The notes beneath the pieces are model-generated. The model saw nothing but the letters and a program-made list of their open reading frames with translations. It made no database searches and had not been told where the DNA came from. A DNA stretch of 64,000 nucleotides from Acidobacteriota bacterium (GTDB lineage: Bacteria > Acidobacteriota > Terriglobia > Acidiferrales > UBA7541). The position numbers and the translations under genes are program-made. This document shows positions 27,222 through 33,837 of this stretch, piece after piece. The stretch lies in NCBI GenBank assembly GCA_013289835.1, contig JABCZG010000027.1:951-64950 (forward strand). The letters run 5' to 3'. Positions within the stretch are counted from its first letter, which is position 1, and each line of letters opens with the position of its first letter.

Positions 27222-27246
27222 GTAGGGGCACGATACATCGTGCCCC
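27222..27246 (+). repeat. Single REP-type element: GTAG + palindrome GGGGCACGAT/ATCGTGCCCC
   Basis: GTAGGGGCACGATACATCGTGCCCC lies directly after array B. It has the classical REP layout of a GTAG head followed by a GC-rich palindrome. Confidence 0.7.
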
Positions 27247-27424
27247 TCTGGCTCTCCGTGTAGGGCTCGCCTTCCGAGGCGGGCCGCTCCCGCAGCGCCG
27301 TAGGCGCACCACAATTTAGCCCAGCCCGTAAGGGCTGGGAATCGTAGCCAGAAAAAATCCCAAGCACCGGAGGTGCGACACCCCTCCGCGCCCTTTGCCT
27401 CCCGGACGCGATTGTGAGACGGAG

Positions 27425-27575
27425 GGATCCTCCAATCCTTCCCAACCTGCCAACCTTTAAACCTTCAAACGTTCAAACGGTCCTTCTCCCCATCCCCGCA
27501 TCTGCCTTCGTAGCACAGTCACTCCTGACTGTACTCTTCTCCCTATTCGCACTGGCGCACGGTCCATCGTGCCCA
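27425..27575 (+). repeat. Mosaic of repeat modules (CCAACCTTCAAAC module, solitary B-type hairpin, degenerate GCACG palindrome)
   Basis: 27430-27478 (CCAATCCTTCCCAACCTGCCAACCTTTAAACCTTCAAACGTTCAAACG) matches 30668-30708 and 30970-31008. 27503-27540 is a solitary copy of the array-B unit (CTGCCTTCGTAGCACAGTCACTCCTGACTGTACTCTTCT). 27556-27575 is a degenerate copy of the 27222 palindrome. Confidence 0.8.
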
Positions 27576-27724
27576 CTCCCCCGCGTCAACCCTAGCTATC
27601 GACTTGGTCATAAAACCCCCACACTCCCGCGCACACGATTCAAAACTGCGACATGATCGCCTTCTTGCGCGCCGGACTGACGCAAGACCGTCTTGCCCGC
27701 GAGACGAGCCAGAGGTGGCAGACA

Positions 27725-27973
27725 ATGAATTGGATAGCCAGCACGCTAAGTCTCCTGGCGTTAGGCATCGGCACTCTTTTTTTTGCTTGGCGGGGCCATA
27801 TCTCGGGCGAACTCGCTATGGCACGTTTCTTTCGGATGTACCGGCCTAACCGGCAAGACCATCCTTTCGCTTTCTACTTCTATCTCGCCCTCCTCATCGT
27901 GGTGGGCACCGTTGAGATTGTCTGGGGAATCCTTATATTCTTGCGTCTCCTAAGACCGCTTCCCTGGCGCTGA
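27725..27973 (+). CDS. Small hypothetical membrane protein
   Basis: Start at MNWIASTLSLLALGIGTLFFAW. A second TM helix is FAFYFYLALLIVVGTVEIVWGILIFL. Confidence 0.4.
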   Translation: MNWIASTLSLLALGIGTLFFAWRGHISGELAMARFFRMYRPNRQDHPFAFYFYLALLIVVGTVEIVWGILIFLRLLRPLPWR

Positions 27974-28002
27974 GCGGAACGGTCCTTCGCCCCTCGCCTC
28001 CC

Positions 28003-28950
28003 TCATTTCTTAACGAATTCCCCCAAATGCTCGCTGCTGGGGTATTGAAAAATGGGCTCAATTGCGACTTCGTTTTGTAATTCATTTCGCGCATCTCCCC
28101 AAGGAATTATGCAGCCAGTCTTTGGTTTGTCGGGAGCAGCAGCGCATTTTGCCCATTCCTGACCTCGTCCGAATTGATCTCGCCACTCGGCTGCTATCTG
28201 CAAACGGTCAGGCAAAAATCGAAGCTGCAAGACGACTTCACCTCTACTATCTTTGATCTCTAGCGCGCTATCGGTGTAATTCTTGTCCCAAATTTCAGGC
28301 TGCGCGGCTACGGTCCAACGATTCTTTTCGATGCTGGCTATTTTCTTACCCGATCTGTCGAGCACCGGAGTTGATATTTCCATGCCGTTCTTGCCCCTCT
28401 CAATTCGCAATCCGGCATTTCGTGCGAATACCCCGAAGTTCACGGGATTTTCCTGCCCCACGTAAATCATTTTCGACCCAGAATCGCCGCCAATCTCAAT
28501 TATCGGAATGAATGGCGTGTAGCACTCTCCCCAAAATGAACGAAATGAGCACAGCTGTCCTTCAAGAGCAGCAGACTTCTCCACTCTCCACTGTCCGTAA
28601 GCGAGCGAATAAAATCCGATCACAAAAATACATGCAGTGACGGTTGCTCCCCAAATTTTTCGTTCCGCAGATTTCGGCCTTTCTAAATGAATCTCAACTA
28701 AAAGTACGGTAATTACAGCACACAGAAACCACGAGAGCCATTTCCACATTACTGGCATTTGAGGAGGCACCAACGAAGCGATGAAGAAAACCAAGTCGAG
28801 CAGCAGCAAAATACCTTTTTCTTTTTGCCGAATCGGCTTTGATGCTTGTTGTCCTTCAGAGGGCGCCAAAAGCCACAAAGAAAGTGCTGCTTCCAGGACA
28901 AGAATCGCGCTAAAAATGACTGTAATTGGTTGCAACGGGTCGTCGCGCAT
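28003..28950 (-). CDS. Hypothetical membrane protein (4 TM + ~190-aa soluble domain)
   Basis: 315-aa ORF in the lower-G+C island. It has four N-terminal hydrophobic helices. The C-terminal domain has no motif I recognise. Confidence 0.55.
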   Translation of the reverse strand: MRDDPLQPITVIFSAILVLEAALSLWLLAPSEGQQASKPIRQKEKGILLLLDLVFFIASLVPPQMPVMWKWLSWFLCAVITVLLVEIHLERPKSAERKIWGATVTACIFVIGFYSLAYGQWRVEKSAALEGQLCSFRSFWGECYTPFIPIIEIGGDSGSKMIYVGQENPVNFGVFARNAGLRIERGKNGMEISTPVLDRSGKKIASIEKNRWTVAAQPEIWDKNYTDSALEIKDSRGEVVLQLRFLPDRLQIAAEWRDQFGRGQEWAKCAAAPDKPKTGCIIPWGDARNELQNEVAIEPIFQYPSSEHLGEFVKK

Positions 28951-29005
28951 GCCAACTGGATTATATACCGTACCATGAGGTACATAAGCCCGGGCAGATG
29001 CGCGG

Positions 29006-29863
29006 TTGAACAGGCGGACCGATGTTTGCCCGGGGTGTAATATGCCGATTCAGAAGTGTCCCATGTGTTTGGAAACGAAGAAGGTCGTTTCGAGCCATCT
29101 CTACCCGGCGGCCCTGTACGTTAACTGCCGATCTGCTAATGACGCAAGTCCCGTGCGAATGGGAGACGGCGTGGTAATGCAGACGGATCGCCAAATGCAG
29201 GACTATCTGCTATGCGAGGAATGCGAAGATATACTGAATAGGGGCGGAGAGAAGTGGACGAATCCGAAGCTCGCCCGGCTAAACAAAACGTTTCCCCTGT
29301 ACGAAATTCTGGTGAAGGGCCCGACCGGCCACGCGGATGAGACGGGAGGGATTTACTTCGCGTCTTCGAATCCGGAAATAGATGTTGAGAAAATGACTCA
29401 TTTCGCCCTGGGCATTTTCTGGAAGGCTTCCGTCTATTCCTGGAAGGCGAACGAAAGAAACCCGATGATTCAGCTTGGGCCTTATGGAGATCTTATCCGC
29501 TTATGGCTACGGGGTGAGAGGGCCTTCCCCGAGGGCGTGTGCCTGAGTGTTCTCGTGGCCCGGCCCGAACAAGCACTGATCGTCCTCAACGGGCCTAGCG
29601 CGACAAGCCTGAGAGGTTGGCATGCATTTTTGCTCAATGTACCCGGTGTGTCGTTCATTCTCAATGTAGGGAGGCATATGGATCCCGAAATGATATTGAC
29701 CTGCTTCCATGAAAGTCCCCAGCACCCCGTCTTCGTATCAGACGAGATCATGGGGCTCGTCTGGAAGCGGTTCGTTGAGCAATTCCTGGAGTCCCGAAAA
29801 ACGAAGAGTTATTTGGCGGCGAAGGCAAAGCGCTCGCCTATTGGTAAGCCCGAGGTGAAGTAA
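29006..29863 (+). CDS. Hypothetical Cys-rich (zinc-ribbon-like) protein
   Basis: N-terminus CPGC-x6-CPMC and later CEEC. Weak resemblance to degenerate HNH/treble-clef N-termini (SHLYP...CEECE), without the catalytic His-Asn-His pattern. An alternative start is ATG 29042. Confidence 0.55.
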   Translation: MNRRTDVCPGCNMPIQKCPMCLETKKVVSSHLYPAALYVNCRSANDASPVRMGDGVVMQTDRQMQDYLLCEECEDILNRGGEKWTNPKLARLNKTFPLYEILVKGPTGHADETGGIYFASSNPEIDVEKMTHFALGIFWKASVYSWKANERNPMIQLGPYGDLIRLWLRGERAFPEGVCLSVLVARPEQALIVLNGPSATSLRGWHAFLLNVPGVSFILNVGRHMDPEMILTCFHESPQHPVFVSDEIMGLVWKRFVEQFLESRKTKSYLAAKAKRSPIGKPEVK

Positions 29864-30264
29864 TGCTCACGATTCCGGGAAAGATCGTTCGAGGGCTTGG
29901 CGCGGCGTCACAAACCCTCATATTCCAGATGCCACATTTCGTTGAATCCCATCCTGAATTGGAGAAATGTGCGCTGCGGACTATAAACGTGATTCTGGAG
30001 TGCCAGCTTGAAATCATCTCGCCATCATTCGTGATTGGTCCCATTCAGTGGCATCCGAACGCCCGGCCTGAGATGTTCGGCTTTCGCTCAATCCTTCTCG
30101 AGTTCGATCAACCGCAACTAGTGAGCGACGCTTGGCTTTATTTGCCCTACAATTCGCCTCATCGGACAAATCCGTTCCATGCTGAAATCCTTGCGCCAGA
30201 GCTACGACTAGATGACGCAGCGACATGCAAGATCCGAATTACCGCTGGAAAGGTGTTCGCGTGA
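29863..30264 (+). CDS. DUF120 / CTP-dependent riboflavin-kinase-like domain protein
   Basis: GKIVRGLGAASQ...LRTINVIL...PYNSPHRTNPFHAEILAPELRLDDAATCKIRI aligns by eye with archaeal RibK (G.VVSGLGEG...GTLNL...P..T.H..E.IEIIAP..LR..L.DGD.I.I). Its ATG overlaps the upstream TAA (TAATG). Confidence 0.45.
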   Translation: MLTIPGKIVRGLGAASQTLIFQMPHFVESHPELEKCALRTINVILECQLEIISPSFVIGPIQWHPNARPEMFGFRSILLEFDQPQLVSDAWLYLPYNSPHRTNPFHAEILAPELRLDDAATCKIRITAGKVFA

Positions 30265-30282
30265 CGAAATAGCGCTTGGGCG

Positions 30283-30314
30283 CCCCGTCCTCGGCCTTGG
30301 AGGGCGGGGGTTTT
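30283..30314 (+). terminator. Rho-independent terminator
   Basis: CCCCGTCCTC (30283-30292), loop GGCCTTG, GAGGGCGGGG (30300-30309; one G-U pair), then GTTTTG. Confidence 0.6.
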
Positions 30315-30370
30315 GACTCTTCCTCGACTTCCAGCGACGCGCTTCCGCCCCGATCCGCATCCACTTGCAG

Positions 30371-31010
30371 ACAAACCACTTATAATTATCACTTGACAAT
30401 AGGTACGGACCTGCTATAATGGCTTTGTTGCTTCGGCACTGATCCTTGGCGCCCGGCCCTCATGCCCTCGCCCCGAGCAGTCCTTCTAACTCCTTCAAGA
30501 TCATCAGTCCTCACTCAGTTACCTTCTTGCCAACAGACCGTACCCATAAATCCTTTAGACGCAACACTTGCAGACTCCCTCGCATGTGCTGCAAACAAAC
30601 GACTTACGCCAAACCTAAGTCCTGTAGATGCAACACTTACAAAAAACCCCGGGGTGGGCTCCCGAACCTCCCAATCTTCAAACCTGCCAACCTTCCAACC
30701 TTCAAACGATCCCCGCCCTAACTCCTTTCTCCTCACATCCTTAGCAGCCCCCCACCCACTAACCCCCATCGAATCACATCCTTACAAAAATCATAGGGGG
30801 GCCACTTCTTCCCCCGCGTGCTCCGAGCCTCTCGGAGAGGGGGGTACTCCTCTTTTCCATAGTCACCAAAATATCTCACGCCCTTTCTTTTCAAGCACTT
30901 ACAAATTGCCCATTTTCTATCCCCTTTGTTTTGACATTCATCCATGTAATGGGGGGTATGGCCCCCTACCAACGTTCCAACCTTCAACCTTCCAACCTTC
31001 AAACGTTGCC
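30371..31010 (+). repeat. Promoter-bearing dispersed repeat, copy X (possible ncRNA or mobile leader)
   Basis: It aligns block by block with the reverse complement of 61921-62370. Shared blocks include TATCACTTGA, GCTATAATGG, CATGCCCTCGC, GTCCTTCTAACTC, CAGTTACCTT.TTGCCAACAG, AAATCCTTTAGA.GCAACACTTGCA, GTGCTGCAAA.AAACGACTTACG, TAAGTCCTGTAGATGCAACACTTACAAAAAACC, and ATTGCCCATTTTCTATCCCCTTTGTTTTGACATTCATCCAT. Copy X carries about 140 nt extra (about 30655-30795). Confidence 0.85.
30393..30420 (+). promoter_or_regulatory. Consensus sigma-70-type promoter at the head of repeat copy X
   Basis: TTGACA (30393-30398), a 16-nt spacer, TATAAT (30415-20), with an AT-rich stretch upstream (CTTATAATTATCAC). 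The same architecture is conserved in the inverted copy at 62324-62351. Confidence 0.6.
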
Positions 31011-31071
31011 CCCATGCGGACCCGCCCCGCGCCCGTCAACGCAGTATGCTAGGCTAATCTTGAGAACAGAG

Positions 31072-32217
31072 ATGAACCGCGGATCAGGCTTACGCATCGG
31101 CAAAATTCTTGGAATCCCCATCTACCTCCACTCAACGTGGATCTTTATTTTTGCCGCCTTCACCTACATCATCGCCATGCAGTTCAAGGAGCAGCATCCC
31201 GCCTGGTCGGACACCCAGCATTGGGTCGTCGGCGTCCTCACCAGCCTGCTCTTTTTCGCCTCGGTGGTCTTCCACGAGCTCTCCCACAGCGTCGTGGCCC
31301 AGCATTACAAGATTCGCGTCCTTTCCATCACCCTGTTTCTCTTTGGCGGCTTGGCGCGCATCGAGCGCGATCCGTCCAAGGCCATCCAGGAATTCAACAT
31401 CGCCATTGCCGGACCGCTGGCCAGCGGATTCCTCGCCGCCTGCTTTTTTGGTTTGACCAAGCTTTTCCCGTTCGATCAATCGGTTGGAGCGATGGCCCTC
31501 TGGCTCTGCCAGACGAACGCTGCACTCGCCGTTTTCAACCTCTTGCCGGGATTTCCGCTCGACGGCGGAAGAATTTTCCGCGCCATCGTTTGGGGAGCGA
31601 CCAAGAGTTTCGAGAAAGCGACTCGTGCCGCAGGCTCCAGCGGAAAGATCATCGCCTACGCCTTAATCGTCGGCGGCGCCTGGGAAGTCTTTCACGGCTA
31701 TGTTCAATCAGGGCTCTGGACCGCCTTCATCGGCTGGTTCCTCCTGAACGCCGCCCAGGAAAGCGTCGCTCAGGTGGCTATCCGCGCAAACTTGGCCGGC
31801 CTCAGCGCCGCCGATGTGATGAGCCCCGAAGTTCCCACCGTGGACGGCCACATCACGCTCGAGGACTACGGCGCGGAAGTGCTGCGCACCGGCCGCCGCT
31901 GCCACATCGTTCTGATGGGCGACCGCCTCTCCGGCCTGATGAACGTCCACTCCCTGAATTCCGTGCCGCGCGAGGAGTGGGCGCACAACTCCGTGCAGTC
32001 CGCCATGATTCCGCGCGAGAAAATTCTGTGGACTTCGCCCGACGAGCCGCTGCTCCGTTTGCTCGAACGGTTGCTCACCACGGACATCAATCAAATGCCG
32101 GTGGTGAGCAGTTCCGGCGAAGGCGATTCCCATGTCGTTGGCATGGTCACGCGCGATTCCATTCTCCGCGTAGTGCAAACGCGCACCGAGCTAGGCCCAC
32201 TCGCCGCGGAGAAATAA
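31072..32217 (+). CDS. Site-2 protease (M50 family) with C-terminal CBS pair
   Basis: HELSHSVVA (HExxH) and FNLLPGFPLDGGR motifs in a multi-TM N-terminal half. The C-terminal half has two CBS-like modules (...VMSPEVPTV..., ...INQMPVV...VVGMVTRDSIL). Start at MNRGSGLRIGKILGIPIYLH. Confidence 0.85.
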   Translation: MNRGSGLRIGKILGIPIYLHSTWIFIFAAFTYIIAMQFKEQHPAWSDTQHWVVGVLTSLLFFASVVFHELSHSVVAQHYKIRVLSITLFLFGGLARIERDPSKAIQEFNIAIAGPLASGFLAACFFGLTKLFPFDQSVGAMALWLCQTNAALAVFNLLPGFPLDGGRIFRAIVWGATKSFEKATRAAGSSGKIIAYALIVGGAWEVFHGYVQSGLWTAFIGWFLLNAAQESVAQVAIRANLAGLSAADVMSPEVPTVDGHITLEDYGAEVLRTGRRCHIVLMGDRLSGLMNVHSLNSVPREEWAHNSVQSAMIPREKILWTSPDEPLLRLLERLLTTDINQMPVVSSSGEGDSHVVGMVTRDSILRVVQTRTELGPLAAEK

Positions 32218-32240
32218 ATGGATCGCGGAGTCGTAAGTGA

Positions 32241-32370
32241 ATTTTGTTTTGAAGCGAAAAGTCTTTTGAGAATTTTCGAGCGAAGTTTCTTGTGGATTTT
32301 ATTTTGAAGCGAAAAGCATCTGAGAGTGTTCGAGCAAAGTTCTTGTGAATTTTGCGGCGAAAGGAAAAAA
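32241..32370. repeat. AT-rich tandem repeat, ~54 bp x 2.4
   Basis: ATTTTGTTTTGAAGCGAAAAGTCTTTTGAGAATTTTCGAGCGAAGTTTCTTGTGG, then ATTTTATTTTGAAGCGAAAAGCATCTGAGAGTGTTCGAGCAAAGTTCTTGTGA, then ATTTTGCGGCGAAAGG. It fills the whole gap between the convergent M50 and P450 stops. Confidence 0.85.
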
Positions 32371-33765
32371 TTAATCCGCAACCGCCGATTGCGCGCTGAT
32401 CGAATTGTCGCGCAGGCCACGCTGCTGGCGGCTTTCCAGCAGGACGCGCACACCATGCCGCGGCCGCAGCGTGATCGAAGCCAGCGGCACCACCGGATGA
32501 TTCGCCACCAGCCGCAACCGAAACTTCTGCGCGATCGTCGCGAGAAGTAGCGCCGCTTCCATCAGCGCAAACGAATTCCCGATACACTGGCGCGGCCCGC
32601 CGCCAAACGGGAAATACGCGAACCGCGGCAGCCGTTTCAGCAAGTCGCCTTCCCAGCGTTCGGGAAGGAATTTTTCTGGCGTGTCATACCAGCGCGGATC
32701 GCGGTGCACGACCCACTGCGCCATGGCCACGCCCATTCCTTTTGTCACGGGATAGCCGGCAACCTCGTGGTCCTCGACCACAAGGCGTGCCATGCCCCAC
32801 GCGGCGGGATAAAGCCGCAAAGATTCCGTAATGACGTGCCCGGTATAAGCAAGTCTCGGTAAGTCGTCGAACGAAGGAGGCCGGCCACCGAGAACGGAAT
32901 CGAGTTCAGCATGCAACTTTGCTTCGACCGCGGGATTTTGCGCCAGCAGCCACCACGTCCAGGAAAGCGTGCTGGCCGTGGTTTCATGCCCCGCTAAAAA
33001 CAAAGTAATCGTTTCGTCGCGAAGCTGCTTGTCCGTCATGCGCGAACCATCTTCATCCTGCGCCGCAAGCAACATGGAGAGCAGATCGCCGGCGTCGCGG
33101 CCGGAAGCGCGGCGCTCCGCGATAATTCTATAAAGAATTTTTTCGATTTGCGCCACTTCCCTTTTCACGCGCAGATTCGTGGGCGTGGGCACCCAGTGCG
33201 GAATTAAAATCGTGCGCCGAAAATCGGCGCCGATTTCGAGCAAGAGTTCGAGCGATTTTCCAACGTCGCGCGCATCGCGTGCCACGTCGGCGTCGAACAA
33301 AGTTTTTCCGACAATCTGCAGCGTCAGCCGCATCATTTCTTTGTGCGCGTCGCGTTCTTCACCATCGCGCCAATCTTCGATGAGCCGCTGCGTGTACTCG
33401 ACCATGGTGCTCGCATACGAAGTGATGCGCCCTCGATGAAACGCCGGCTGCGCCAGGCGCCTCTGCCGCAGCCAGAATTCTCCTTCGCTCGTGAGCAAGC
33501 CTTCGCCAAAAACGTGGCGGTTCGCGCGAAGGACTTTCCCTTTCGTAAATTTGCGCGCGTTGGTAACGAGCACTTCTTCAATCGCGTCGGGATGATTGAT
33601 AAAAATAGATTTGAAATTCAGTACGCGCATTCCCGCGACGTCGCCATAATCGCGCGCGAGCTTGGTGAAATATTCGAGCGGATTCGCGTTGAGCGGGCCA
33701 AACGACCAACCCTTGAATCCGTCGGTTGGACCGGGAGGAAATTTGTTACGGGTCGCGTCCGCCAT
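32371..33765 (-). CDS. Cytochrome P450
   Basis: Heme-thiolate loop FPFGGGPRQCIGNSFA, I-helix LFLAGHETTAS, and ExxR (ESLR). Confidence 0.9.
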   Translation of the reverse strand: MADATRNKFPPGPTDGFKGWSFGPLNANPLEYFTKLARDYGDVAGMRVLNFKSIFINHPDAIEEVLVTNARKFTKGKVLRANRHVFGEGLLTSEGEFWLRQRRLAQPAFHRGRITSYASTMVEYTQRLIEDWRDGEERDAHKEMMRLTLQIVGKTLFDADVARDARDVGKSLELLLEIGADFRRTILIPHWVPTPTNLRVKREVAQIEKILYRIIAERRASGRDAGDLLSMLLAAQDEDGSRMTDKQLRDETITLFLAGHETTASTLSWTWWLLAQNPAVEAKLHAELDSVLGGRPPSFDDLPRLAYTGHVITESLRLYPAAWGMARLVVEDHEVAGYPVTKGMGVAMAQWVVHRDPRWYDTPEKFLPERWEGDLLKRLPRFAYFPFGGGPRQCIGNSFALMEAALLLATIAQKFRLRLVANHPVVPLASITLRPRHGVRVLLESRQQRGLRDNSISAQSAVAD

Positions 33766-33837
33766 AAAACGATGCTATGCCCGCGCTCGTATTGCGTCAA
33801 CGCGGTGGACTCACGACTGTACCGCAAGCGCTGGAAC

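Noticed and set aside
26200-27445. Several 80-170-aa ORFs on both strands across the arrays (26200-26595, 26345-26845, 26814-27263, 26927-27445, 26936-27319 and others)
   Set aside because: Their sequences are periodic translations of the repeats (for example STDTLVCALSSRPNP xN, AFVAQPFLAVLFSS xN). The same DNA is open in several frames at once. These are artefacts of repeat composition.
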